From: Chiloscyllium plagiosum
Lineage: Eukaryota
Direction: 5' to 3'
DNA length: 64,000 bases
Assembly (NCBI RefSeq): GCF_004010195.1
Contig: NC_057718.1
Coordinates: forward strand, 47,823,803 to 47,887,802
Below, in pieces: positions 1 to 11,989 of the stretch. Within the stretch, counting starts at the first letter, position 1; every line of letters starts with the position of its first letter. Below the pieces are notes generated by a model. The model had not been told where the DNA came from and made no database searches. It saw only the letters and a program-made list of their open reading frames with translations. A program made the position numbers and the translations under genes.

Positions 1-517
1 TTCCTATCGGAAAGATGTTGTGAAACTTGAAAGGGTTCAGAAAAGATTTATAAGGATGTTGCCAGGGTTGGAGGATCTGAGCTACAGGGAGAGGCTGAAC
101 AGGCTGGGGCTGTTTTCCCTGAAGCGTCGGAGGTTGAGGGGTGACCTTATAGAGGTTTACAAAATTATGAGGGGCATGGATAGGATAAATAGACCAAGTC
201 ATTTCCCTGGGGTGGGGGAGTCCAGAACTAGAGGGCATAGGTTAAGGGTGAGAGGGGAAAGATATAAAAGAGACCTATGGGGCAACTTTTTCACGCAGAG
301 GGTGGTACATGTATGGAATGAGCTGCCAGAGGATGTGGTGGAGGCTGGTACAATTGCAACATTGAAGAGGCATTTGGATGTGTATATGAATAGGAAGGGT
401 TTGGAGGGATATGGGCCGGGTGCTGGCAGGTGGGAATAGACTGGGTTGGGATATCTGGTCGGCATGGATGGGTGGACCGAAGGGTCTGTTTCCATGCTGT
501 ACATTTCTATGACTCTA
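1..517 (+). mobile_element. Young CR1/HER1-type LINE, ORF2 C-terminus and 3' UTR
   Basis: LERVQKRFIRMLPGL...RRLRGDLIEVYKIM...FFTQRVVHVWNELP; ctatgactcta tail. Confidence 0.9.
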
Positions 518-1201
518 ATGGAAACCTTTTTCAGTTTTGGGATATTCTTAAATCTAAAAACGACCCCACTGATGATAAAGCAAAAGTTATACAAATAATT
601 ATATTTCCATGGAGACCAAATACTCAAGAGTTTAATCCTGTAGCACACATTAAGATACTTATTTTGGTGTGATTAACAATTAGCTGATCAAATATTTTTG
701 ATGAAACTTAGTAGAATCACTTAATTTCTATACTATCCCCAACTGGCTAAATATGAATTGAGCAATTTACGATTCTGTGCAACTCTGATGTCGAATCCAA
801 CAAATAATAGGACCAGTATGAATTTATGTATTTCAAAAAGTAATGTTACATACATGACAATTGAAGGAGTTGAAAATTTTCAAAACACTAATTATGTTGA
901 TGATTTTACTCATAATAGTTGACCCAGATCCTTCAATTAAGCAAACTTTCATAGAGTCAGACACCACAGCAAGCAACCCTTACGTCGAACTTGTCCATGC
1001 TGGGCAGGTTTCCCAAACTAAACTAGTTTGGCCCATATCCCAAGAACACAGCTGATGAAGCAGTTGTTCTTGTATTAGGATAGCATCATTAATAACAGCC
1101 TTCCCTTGAGGGTGGAACAAATCAAATAGCCTTTCGACCAAGGCGAAATATCCAGTGACTTCTCCTTGAAATAGGGGCAGATCACCAGCATACGCACTGA
1201 C

Positions 1202-1291
1202 CTTTGAGAAATCTGAAGGGCACCAAGCCACACAAGTCACCTCCTGACTGTGTCCCTGGAGCACTGTTGGAGGATGATGAGGATCAGAGAT
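1202..1291 (-). CDS. DTL: DTL exon 12 (ISDPHHPPTVLQGHSQEVTCVAWCPSDFSK)
   Basis: 90 nt; GHSQEVT..WCPSDF motif; GTCAGT donor. Confidence 0.94.
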
Positions 1292-3017
1292 CTGAAATAA
1301 TGAGAACTAGGATTAAACTGATTTGCAATAAGGCTAGATCATTCAACAAGCCAAACATCATCTGTTGTCTTATTGCTGAGTTTGATTTGGTCTCAGTGAT
1401 GTAATTGTAAACCCCAGATTGTAATCAGATCAGACAGTCATAAATGGGACGTCTCATGACAGTGCTACAATTCAGACTCAAATTACTATTGTGATGTTGT
1501 CCCGAGTAGTTGTAACTCTGACTCAGTGTTGCAGCACAACAAAACTTTCACATCAGTTTAAATTGGAATGTTGCCAAATAGACTTCAGAGTGGATTAAGA
1601 ACATGGACCATACTAACATGCCAGGTACTGCACTATGTTTTATTGATATGACAACAGAATTTGGCAATTCCCTGTTCAAGCTTCCTTTCATTTGGCCACT
1701 CCGGCTCATGCAGTTTCACACAGTTACAGAAAGAGATGAGTGACAGGGGATCATAAAGTTATCCAACAACACAGGAGATTACAAAACTGTTTGGAGTTGA
1801 ACTTTTGTGGAAAAAGGTTTTCCCTATACTAATCTGGAACTGCACAACTCACTGGAAACAGTTGCAACAAGTTCAGAGGTTGCTTCATCTCCTTTCCCTT
1901 TCCTGAAGGTGATGATACACACTGTGGTGATTGCAATAAAGATTCCTATAAAGCCCTCACTGTGAGGAAAACAATTAACCGAAGACATTATAACCAAGCC
2001 AAATTCTGTTTTCATCTAATGTACCTGGGATAACTTTGCAGAAGTCTTTGGCTAGCATACTGGATCAGCAATCCCAACTAATTTTTCTCCATCTTAACAC
2101 CAGAAATGGCAGCTGTATACAAACCAGTGCTACCCCAATTAGGATCAGCTAACACAGCAGACGAAAGTGATCATAAACGGGTGCTTCCTGGTTCATTGCA
2201 TTCAGCTTTTCACTTCCCAATAAACGATCAAAAGGTTCCTAGAGTGTTGGCTCAATACTGGTTAAACTCTTGCACAGAGCAGCAACTGTCACTTCAACAT
2301 GGAACTGCATTACCCAAGACAATAATTGGTTCTATTCTTTGACGCACAAAGACTGTTGAGCATGAAATCAGTGTCAATTTAATAGCCTAGAACAGTGAAG
2401 CTTGAGCTGCAGGAAATCACCACATCACATAAACCTCCTTTCCCTTTCATCATCTTTCAATGAAACAATCACAGGAAGATTCTCACTCTCCTACAGGCTT
2501 TCAATTTCCTGAAAGTGTCAGATAACACGAGGAAAAAAAACACTTACACAATGAATAGATAGAACCTGCAATGCAGCGTCTGCAAGCATGCTGAAGGCAG
2601 TTTCAATCGTGGCTTTCAAAAGAAAATTAAGTGATTTAAAGAGAAATGATTTGGAGGCTAAAGGATAAATCACAGAAGAGCAGTGTTGGCCAAGGTGCTC
2701 TTGCAGTGACCTCATTCTAAATTGTGATCATTCTATGCTTACCTAACAGAATGTCTCCAGCTAAGAGTCCGGACCTATGTAGTTAACTGTCTGAATACTG
2801 CCAAAGTGATAGCAAATATGCAATAATGTGCCACAGCATTCCTTGGCTTGAGTGGGAGGGAGCAAGCAAACAAGATTTCCACTTTTAATTCGGATTCATG
2901 AATTCCTGCTGGAAATGAAGTATTCTTTGTAGATTGAAGAGAGTTTTGTAGGATAGATTAGGATAAAGTATTTTGGCTTGTTTGACCTATTTCCACTTCC
3001 AACAGCACGCTGCTTAC

Positions 3018-3130
3018 CTTCCATATGTAGGCGTTATGGTCTGTGGACCCACTAAGGAGGAATTGATCATCCAGACTGAGATTGGCCTTAATATAGAACG
3101 TGGAATTCTGGTGACCACTGAAGGTTGCCA
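3018..3130 (-). CDS. DTL: DTL exon 11 (VATFSGHQNSTFYIKANLSLDDQFLLSGSTDHNAYIWK)
   Basis: 113 nt; WD40 GH..WK; GTAAGC donor. Confidence 0.95.
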
Positions 3131-3609
3131 CTATATAAAACGTATATAAAACAGAGCACATCAATGACAGGAGGACAAAGAAATTCCATAATTTAAGATC
3201 TGACCTACTTGATGTAACTTAGCATTAGGTCTTAAATTATTGGAAATTTTGAAAACATACAAAACAGGTCAAGAAGGTCAAAAATAATAATTATCCTTAT
3301 TTCTGTATATTTCCCATGAGTTTGTATTCTCTCTCAATGGTCCAAAGTCTTTAATTGGTGTCTTGCCTGTGACCCTGAACTTGGTAAAAGAAGCCATATT
3401 ATGCATTCAAGCAATATGAACTCTGAACTGTGCCCATATTTCCTCAAAAGGTTACCTCTAATTTCAGGCAGGATTGTCAAGACAAATCAAGTTTTTCATT
3501 TGGAATATAGCTAACAAAATGATGTCATTTACTATGGGGAAAACTTGAAAACATCAACGTTGTCAGCCACAGACATGGAACAAACCTCCAACTCATTCCC
3601 TTAGCCACT

Positions 3610-3908
3610 GGGGGCGGCATGGTGGCTCAGTGGTTAGCACTGCTGCCTCACAGCACCAGGGTCCCAGATTAAATTCCAGATTTGGGTGACTGTCTGTGTG
3701 GAGTTTGCACATTTTCCCTGTGTCTGAGTGTGTTTCCTCCGGGTGCTCCGGTTTCCTCCCACAGTCCAAAGATGTGCAGGACAGGTGAATTGGCCATGCT
3801 AAATTGCCCATAGTGTTAGGTGCATTAATCAGAGGGAAATGGGTCGGAGTGGACTGGTTGGGCCAAAGGGCCTGTTTCCACACTGTAGGGAATCTAATCT
3901 AATCTAAT
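3610..3908 (+). mobile_element. HE1-type tRNA-derived SINE
   Basis: A box TGGCTCAGTGG, central domain, CR1-like tail gggcctgtttccacactg, (aatct)n end. Confidence 0.85.
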
Positions 3909-4608
3909 ATCAGACATAGGGAAATTTCAGGAAAAGTTGAAAAGGAAGCAGCCTGTAGGCTTTGCCTTAAGTTCAAATAACTACTTTGCTTGCTGATCAA
4001 GAATTTAAGATCACGAGACAGACTCAACGCAAATAGATTGTTGCGTGATTTATGTTAATACTGTACGTGGGGCATTTTGTACATAAATAAACTGCTACAT
4101 TTCTTTAGATTAGAAATTACAAATAAATTTAATTTACACTTTTGGATATGATGAGGTCACAAATTAAAAGGCTTTTTTAAAATTCATGTTACAGCTCTCA
4201 ACTTGGTGTGCAGCTGTTTGACTTTGCATCAACCTGAGAATTGTGGTGCAAATTCTAAGTTTGTGCTAGGTTTACACTGGAGGGAGGTCTGTTGAAGGAA
4301 AAATCTCAATGTGCCTTTACTCCAGTGTCAGTTTGGACCTGGTTTCCATTAAATGTTTTGCACCAACATTGACTGAAGTTTAAATAGAGTCTACTTGTTA
4401 GTTTGAGGCAAGTGACTCATTTGAAGAATTATTAAGTAAGGCCTAAAAGGGGGTTTGTGGACATAATAAAATTATAGTAGCATTGACATAGCACTTTTCA
4501 TATCAAAAGATCCTAAAACACTTTGCATAATTACTTTTTGAAGCGCAGGCAAGTTGGAAACATAAAATGGTGCAGGTACACACTTGCTATAAAAATAATC
4601 TCGTTACA

Positions 4609-4947
4609 ATAGAATCCCAATGGCGTGGAAACAGACCATTTGGCCAAAAAAGTCCACACCGACTCTCTGAAGAGTATCTGACCCAGACTCATTCCTTTAC
4701 CCTATTACTCCATATTTCTCATGACTAATACAGCTACCCTACACATCCTGGGCAATTTAGCATGGCCAGTTCACCGAACCTGTACATCTTTGGACTGTGG
4801 GGGGAAACTGGAGCACCCAGAGAAAACTCACACAGACATGGGGAGAATGTGCAAACTCCCCACAGACAGTCACCAGAGGCTGGAATCGAACCCGGGTCCC
4901 TGGCGCTGTGAGGCAGCAGTGCTAACTGCTGAGCCACTGTGCCGCCC
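4609..4947 (-). mobile_element. HE1-type SINE
   Basis: Reverse complement of the same family, with A and B boxes at 4880-4940. Confidence 0.85.
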
Positions 4948-5083
4948 AATTAATTAATAACTTTAAAGAGGAAATAACAAACTTAGAAAGGGAAAAAAAC
5001 ATTATGGACTCGTAAATAAATCTAAAAACTCCTCTTCTCCCTCTCACCATAAAAGTGTATTGGACAATCCATCCTTCACTTAC

Positions 5084-5188
5084 CTGGTACAGTCTTTAGG
5101 CCAGTCACATTAAACATGTAAATGTTATCATCAGTGCAGTTAGCAAAGAGATTGGAGCCTTTTGAGTCCAAGACAACATTGGAGTACC
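5084..5188 (-). CDS. DTL: DTL exon 10 (GYSNVVLDSKGSNLFANCTDDNIYMFNVTGLKTVP)
   Basis: 105 nt; LFANCTDDNIYMFN motif; GTAAGT donor. Confidence 0.95.
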
Positions 5189-5612
5189 CTAAAATGTGAA
5201 CAAATTGAAGTTCATTAATTATTTTAGGGAATTTTTAAAAGCCTAATTTATACACAGTCAGAAACTAATTCTAACTACTACTGAATTAGCTCATGCTTAC
5301 ATGCAACTCAAAACTTATCAGACTTTACAAAGTCTGACTGTAACTAAGGTATTTCATATTTTCATGTTCACACCAGCTCATGACAGATTTTACAGTCGGT
5401 GTTTCATGACATGAAGTACTTTCAGTATTTTACTTTTGCAGGACTTGCTTCCTGCCATTGCTATTTGAATGATGACAGCTGGTCAGAGTGGGTCATGTAC
5501 ATTTCCTTTGCTCCTTCAGGGGAACAGGAATGCATTCAGTGAATGGTTGCAAATTGATTAATGAATCCTCACACTTCTCCCAAAGCTGCACTGACAGTTA
5601 AAACATATATAC

Positions 5613-5716
5613 CGAGTTTCCGTGCACTGCTTCCTGGATAAGGGAAGGACTGCACAGGCACAGGATCTTGATGATGAATGGTGTAGTTCTTCCTCAAATC
5701 CCACATCTTGATGACC
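5613..5716 (-). CDS. DTL: DTL exon 9 (VIKMWDLRKNYTIHHQDPVPVQSFPYPGSSARKL)
   Basis: 104 nt; WDLR motif; phase consistent. Confidence 0.94.
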
Positions 5717-5779
5717 CTGGAAAGTAAATAATGTATTTTTATAGATGCAACAGAGAGTGAATAAATCCTGTCAGTAAAT

Positions 5780-5990
5780 GTTAGCCTTGGCTTTGTGATA
5801 ACAGCTTTGTCTGAGTCAAGTCCCGAGGCAGAAAATGAGTTTGTAATCTAGACTGATACTTCACTGCATTCCCAAAAGGTGCTGTCCTTCAAATGAAACA
5901 TTAAACCAATATCCACGCAGATCCCATGGCGCTACTTGAAGAAATGCCCAGGCCAACATTTATCACTCAAACATCACGAAGACAGATACA
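5780..5990 (+). mobile_element. Degenerate Deu-domain SINE (SacSINE1/AmnSINE1-like)
   Basis: gctgtccttcaaatgaaacattaaacc...gatcccatggcgctacttgaag...ggccaacatttatc resembles the Deu core (from recall). Confidence 0.55.
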
Positions 5991-6071
5991 CTTTGACAGA
6001 ATGAGAACTGTGCAATAGAGGTTTGTTGTTAAGGCATTACAGCTCCTGTTTTTATTCCAAATTCCACTTAC

Positions 6072-6145
6072 CCATCCACTGCACCTGCAGAAATCAAAGT
6101 CTTTTCGTCTCTAAAAATCACTACTGTTACACTCTGCTGAGAATC
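6072..6145 (-). CDS. DTL: DTL exon 8 (DSQQSVTVVIFRDEKTLISAGAVDG)
   Basis: 74 nt; cacag acceptor, GTAAGT donor. Confidence 0.94.
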
Positions 6146-6284
6146 CTGTGAAAAAATGAAAAGTCAACTCAGCACATGGAGTAAACCTGGCCCATTTTTA
6201 ACAGAAGACTGGAGGCCCAGCCACTGAAGCAGCGGTGACTGGAGTACCAGACAAGTAGAGAAATACAATGAAAAGCAATCATAC

Positions 6285-6400
6285 CACAGAAGGAGCAAGT
6301 CCCCGTACAGACTGTCGCCGTTTCTTCTGTTTTGGAGGAGTCTGCTTGGCCTGCGTGTTGTGAGCACCAGTAATTTGCTTCACTTGTCTGTAAAATCCAT
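6285..6400 (-). CDS. DTL: DTL exon 7 (DGFYRQVKQITGAHNTQAKQTPPKQKKRRQSVRGLAPSV)
   Basis: 116 nt; basic NLS-like KQKKRR; GTATGA donor. Confidence 0.93.
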
Positions 6401-7119
6401 CTAATCACAAGCAAGAAGTCGATGAATAAGCTTCAAACTTATTTGTCCGCTTCTCCTCCCTCAGTTTCTCTCACAATAACCACCTCAAGAGCTCACAGTC
6501 CAAATTGCCACTCCATGTTTTAGCATAGACAGTTTGATTCAGCAATCTTTTAGATGGATGAAGGGGACACCATTACAACCAAGCCAAGAAGAACCTTGAC
6601 TATCTCTTTGAGGCAAATTGCAGCTTTATGTTCTGTATGATTCCATTCTCACTAATGCACTGAAGAATTAAAAGCAGAGAACTTTTAAGAGGCATTTTTT
6701 CTGTCAAGAACCCATCCTTTTTATAATCAAAAGTTAGAAATATGCACTCTTTTTAAACTTATTTTAAATGTAATACATGTTTCAATGAGTCACTTATAAC
6801 CATTTTGATATGGTTGTCATGGAAGTGCCAAGACTGATGGCAAAGAATGGAATAATGACTAAGTGCAGGAAAAACTTAGCAGGTATGTCTGCATCTGAAC
6901 CAGGCTGGGTCCAGTGTTCCGGCAAGTCACATAACTCGGACAGCAGATAGGGTTTAAAGCTAAATATTGGGGACAAGGAATCAAGTATTGGACGATGTAA
7001 TAAATTGAAGGTAGAAGACAAGGCAGCAAGGTAACAATAAGGAATATATGGCAAGAAGGGACTGAGCAAACAAACTTAGAAGTGCACCGCAGATAAGGCC
7101 AGACAGTGCAAACATGATA

Positions 7120-7960
7120 AAAAGATCAAGATAAGGGCTGTCAATCTGAATCTTTACAACAGAACAAAAATTTGACAGCACAAATTGAAATAAATATATG
7201 TGATCTGATAGACATTACAGAAACACAAAGGACAGCAAAGGCAAAGACTTGAATATTAAAGGGTACACGGCATTTCAAAATATTAGGGAGCTTGGAAAGA
7301 TCGAGGGTTCCATCCATTTATTCAGGATGACATTAACACAATAGAGAAAGATGACTCAATTTCTAAAGTTCAAGACGTAAAATCAGTTTAGCATAGATAA
7401 GAAGTAGTAAAGCCAGCAAGTCACTTCTTGGCCCCTAACTTTTTAGGCAGCATGGAAAGAGTATAAAGGAATAATGGGGTTTTTGAGAAAGGCAGTGATA
7501 ATCATGGATGACTGACTCTACAATGAACCAAATTGGCAAAGGGAGCCTGGAAAATTAGTTCAGGGAGTGTTTTGGGGACAGATTCTTCAAGCAGCACATG
7601 CTATACATAAATTTGCACAATGTATTAGACGTGGTGCCACATTAAAGGTTGCTGTGGAAAATAAAATCTCACTACATCAAGGGCAACATATTGGCAGGGT
7701 ACAGGATTGATTAGCTAACAGGAAACACAGTAGGTATAAATGGCTAGTTTTCAGGTTGGCGAGAGTTACAAGTGGCGTGCCACAGGGTCAACGCTGGGTC
7801 TTCAATTATTTACAATCTACTTCAATTAAATGTACGATTGATACCAAAAAAATTGCAAAGAGAGAAAAAAAGGAAAAGGGTATAAAAAGGTTAGCTGAGT
7901 GGGCAAAAATTTGACGTGGCATATAATATGCAAAAATATGACCTTCTCAACTTTTGCAAG
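7120..7960 (+). mobile_element. Old, internally deleted CR1 ORF2 remnant
   Basis: Decayed endonuclease-region and RT-region (SGVPQG-like) sequence. Confidence 0.65.
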
Positions 7961-7989
7961 AAAAACAGGATTTAATCCTCATTAGAAAG

Positions 7990-9160
7990 AGGAAGAGTAG
8001 GCCACTCAGTCCCTCAAGCCTAGCTCCCCATTCAATACGATCAAGGTTAATCTTCCCTGTGCCTCTATTCTCTTGTACTGGCTCCACATATTCCTCAACT
8101 CCCTGATATTACAAAAATCTACATCCTCTTTTAAATACTCTCGGTGATCTAGCCTCCACAACTCTCAGGGCTGGAGAATTCCATACATGTACTACCCTTA
8201 CAGAACAAATTCCTTTCCGTGACAGATTTCAATGAGTGTTTGTATATTCTGTAATTATATTCCCTAGTCTGAGATTTTCCCACAAGTGGAAATATTATAT
8301 CAACATAGGCTGTCAAGCCCTCCCAGAACCTTGTATATTTCAGTAAGAGCTCCATTCAGTCTTTAAAATTCAAACGAATAAAGCTCTCACCCGATTCGCC
8401 ATTCTTGGTAAGTCAACCACTTAATCCCAGGAATCAGCTGAGTGAATCTCTTTTGATCCACCTCCAATGCCAATATCTCCTTTTTCAAAAACAAGGACCA
8501 AAACTGGACACAACATTTGAGGTGGGGCCTTAACAAAAACCACTACAGTTGTAAAAAAGACTTGCTTATTTTTAAATTCCAACCCCATTGCAATAAAAGC
8601 CAAAATTCAATTTACCTTACTTGCTGAACCAGCCTGCTGACCTTTTGAGTTTCATGCACAAGAACATACAGATCCCTCAACACTACACATTTTCAATTGA
8701 GACTCTCTCCATTTAAATCATTGTCTTTTTATTCCTACCAAAGTCCATGACCTCACATTTTCCTACATGTTTTTACCCACATGCTCAACCTACCAAATCC
8801 CTTTGGAGATTCTGGATGTAGGTTTGCTCGCTGAGCTGTAAGGTTCATTTCCAGACGTTTTGTCACCCTAAAGCTTCGCCTGAGGCCCACTGAAAATGTT
8901 ACCTAGTAGAATGACAAAACGTCAGGAAATGAACCTTCCAGCTCAGCGAGCAAACCGACATCCAGAACCTCAACCTGAGCTGCACATCTTCTCAAAACCC
9001 TTTGGAGATTCCTTATGTCCTCATTAAAATAGACCATCCCTCTTATTTTTGTATCACCAGCAAATTTGGATATATTACTCCCTGCCCCCTCCTCTAAGTC
9101 ATTATTATACACAGTATACAATTGAGGCCCTCAGACTGACTTTTGTGGCACTTCACTACT
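7990..9160 (-). mobile_element. CR1 3' fragment interrupted by a PLE-derived insert
   Basis: YNNDLEEGAGSNISKFAGDTK (RT C-terminal region); 3' UTR near 7990. Confidence 0.75.
8813..8997 (+). mobile_element. Fold-back Penelope-like terminal fragment with decayed hammerhead motif
   Basis: ~58-bp inverted arms; 14-bp TSD CCCTTTGGAGATTC at 8799-8812 and 8998-9011; same family as 60642-60815. Confidence 0.75.
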
Positions 9161-9763
9161 GGATGGACTTTGCAGAACACAGAGGCACAGAAAAATCTGG
9201 GTGTACTGGGGCATGAATCAGTCAGAATGAGAGCACAGAAAAGTGATTAGGTATCAAATGAAATTAAATGTACAGGTACAACTCCAAACAATATGAACTA
9301 CCTGTTACAAAATGGTGAGTGAACACAAACTTAGTAAAATACAATCAAAACATTCAATACATTAATCATATGTACAGATCAATTGCATGTACACATGGTA
9401 TTGTTGTTTATTGCTGAATTCCACAAAGAAATTTTTTCATAAATATTAACTGATCATATTATCAGATTAAGTCCTGGGATCACTGTTCCATTACACAATT
9501 TGTCAAGTTACACTTGCAATTTAACAACCTCAGTAAGCAATACAGGAGGGAAAAACTCACCATGAAAAGTTTCAAAAAGCAGCTCATTCTATTACGTGGA
9601 CAGCAAATGAAATTGAGAAGAATGCAAGACGAAGAAAGTTGCACACAGGTCACTGTTAGAAAAGAGGTACTTACATCTTCAAATTAGACAAACAATTTAG
9701 AAAGAGGCCATTTAGCCCCTTTTGCTGTCTGCTTGAAAGGGCAATCTAACTTGTCTCAGTCCT

Positions 9764-9785
9764 CTCCTCTCTCTCTCTCTCTGTC
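9764..9785. repeat. (CT)n microsatellite
   Basis: ctcctctctctctctctctgtc. Confidence 0.8.
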
Positions 9786-9825
9786 TAACTCTTAATGCTT
9801 CTTTACCTAGGCAAATCCTGACACT

Positions 9826-10820
9826 GGCCTTTTGAAGAAGTCACTAAAAGTCTTGATGAGGGCAGAGCAGTGGATGTGATCGATATGGACTTCAGTAAGG
9901 CATTTGACAAGGTTCGCCATGGTAGACTGGTCAGCAAGGTTAGATCACATGGAATAGAGGGAAAACTAGCTATGCTATTTGGATTCAAAACTGGCTCGAA
10001 CTTAGAAGACAGAGGGTGATGGTGGTGGGCTTCTTGATCAGATAGGCCAATGGGCCGAGGAGTGACAGACGGAGTTTACTTTCGATAAATGCGTGGTGCT
10101 GCATTTTGGAAAGGCATATCAGGGCAGGACTTATATATTTAAGGATAAGGACCTTTGGAGTGTTGCTGAACAAACAGATCTTGAAGTGCAGGTTCATTGT
10201 TCCTTGAAAGTGGAGTCACAGGTAGATAGTATAGTGAAAGCGACATTTGGTATGCTTGCGTTTATTGGTCAAAGAGCTGAGTGTAGGAGTTGGGGGATCA
10301 CGTGTAGGATATGGGTTAGGCCACATTTTGAAATAATGCGTGAAGTTCTGGTCTCCCTGCTATAGGAAGGGTGTTGTGTTCAGAAAAGATTTACAAGGAC
10401 ATTGCCAGGATTGAAGGGTTTGACCTACAGGGAGAGGCTGAATAGACTGGAGCAATTTTCCCTGGACCGTCGGAGGCTGATGGCTGACCTTATAGAGCTT
10501 TATAAAATCATGAGATACATTGGATAGGGTAACTAGATAAGGTCTATTCCTGGGGGGAGGGGAGGGGTGCGGGTGTCCCCCCAAAATCTCTAAGGTGAGG
10601 GGAAAAAAATGTAAAAGGCATCTAAGGGGCAACTTTTTTTATGCAGAGACTGGTGCACGTATGGAATGAGCTGCCAGAGAAAATGTTGGAGGCTGGTACA
10701 CGAATAGCATGGGTTTAGAGGAATATGTGGCCAAATGCTGGCAAACAAGTTTACATTTATTTAGGATTTCTCATTGACATGGATGAGTTGGACTGAATGG
10801 TCTGTTTCCGTGCTGGATAT
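9826..10820 (+). mobile_element. CR1 LINE fragment (RT to 3' UTR)
   Basis: DMDFSKAFDKV motif, VLHFGK, CR1 3' UTR. Confidence 0.85.
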
Positions 10821-11566
10821 CTGTGTGAGTTGCCTGTCACATATCAGGATTTCATTCCTCCCACCACTGCAGTTTCAGCAACCAGCAACTGGCACTCTGA
10901 AGCAACCTTTTGCTCTAATTAGACTCATTGGTGTCTGTCACTGTTATTTGGGTTCAAACCATTATAATTCATTTTCAATAAAACCTCGACAGATAGTATA
11001 AAGTCCAAGAGGTAATGATTTCCCTTTCAGAAAATTTATAGTCGTTAACTGAACTGTTTGCTTTTAAAATGCATACATATAATTGCAAGACCAGAAGGAT
11101 GCGTACTTAATCAACTACAATTGTGACAGAGAGTGATCTTTATTTAAATCCACTGCTCTACTTGCAAGTTGGGCCTTAATTTCACCACACATTCTTGGTT
11201 AGGATTGCACATACTCTCAAAAGGTTCAATCATTGGTGCTTCTGAAAGGATTAATGCTCTATCGAGCAAGAACGAACCAGTACCCATATTTGGAGATTTG
11301 AATCTTCCTTTCAACATATCAACTGAATGCAAGGAATTTCTCATAGGTGCCTCTCAAAGTGACTGCACACTCTCAATAGTAGGGGTTTTGGGCAAGAATG
11401 TACTAGAAATTAATGTAAAGTTGGGAGAAAGTCAAGGCTTTGGGAAGCATTGGAGTTCAAAAAGTGATACGAAATGTTTGATTCTGAAAATGTCCTGTGA
11501 TTCCACAGCACAATGCACTGAACACTCACATAATGTGTTCTTGTAACTATGTTGGGAAACACCTAC

Positions 11567-11632
11567 CTTTCTTACTGCAACGAGTGTCCCAGACCATTAT
11601 GTTACCATCTCTGCCACCAGTGCAAAATACAG
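11567..11632 (-). CDS. DTL: DTL exon 6 (AVFCTGGRDGNIMVWDTRCSKK)
   Basis: 66 nt; WDxR motif; GTAGGT donor. Confidence 0.95.
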
Positions 11633-11713
11633 CTTCAAACAAAAACAAAAAAGAATGAAATGAATTTTTTTGTTCCTTAATAAATAAAGCTTTTCGGAGT
11701 AAAATTATGGTAC

Positions 11714-11834
11714 CTGTTTCCTGCTTTCCAAATGCCACAGACTTGAGGCTGCACTGGTGGCCTTTAAATGTGCCAAGGAGCTCACTTGCTTTCACATCCC
11801 AGAGTTTTGCTGTCTGATCACCTGAAGCTGTAAC
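11714..11834 (-). CDS. DTL: DTL exon 5 (VTASGDQTAKLWDVKASELLGTFKGHQCSLKSVAFGKQET)
   Basis: 121 nt; WD40 repeat; AG/GT boundaries. Confidence 0.95.
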
Positions 11835-11927
11835 CTTCAAAACAAACATAAAAGTACAAATGTTCAGCAGTACTATCAACACACTTTTCTTTATTAAAGG
11901 AATGTACAAGGAAAATAGAGTACTTAC

Positions 11928-11989
11928 TAATTTTGGCTCTCCAGGAACCCAAGCAAGGTCAAACACTGCATTGTTGTGAGCCAACCATG
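11928..11989 (-). CDS. DTL: DTL exon 4 (AWLAHNNAVFDLAWVPGEPKL)
   Basis: 62 nt; ttttcag acceptor, GTAAGT donor. Confidence 0.95.

Noticed and set aside
20..439. 139-aa ORF and similar ORFs (50162-50557, 52885-53433, 55603-56379) as host genes
   Set aside because: They are CR1 ORF2 fragments: truncated, frameshifted and repeated within the window.
3593..3883. Recurrent ORFs containing CTSLDCGRKPEHPEETH
   Set aside because: Antisense translations of HE1 SINEs, not a protein family.
5318..5337. Palindrome TCAGACTTT-AC-AAAGTCTGA
   Set aside because: A single 9-bp stem is plausible by chance in 64 kb and has no supporting context.
11169..11546. 125-aa plus-strand ORF antisense to DTL intron 6
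   Set aside because: Non-ATG start, no recognisable motif and no splice support.
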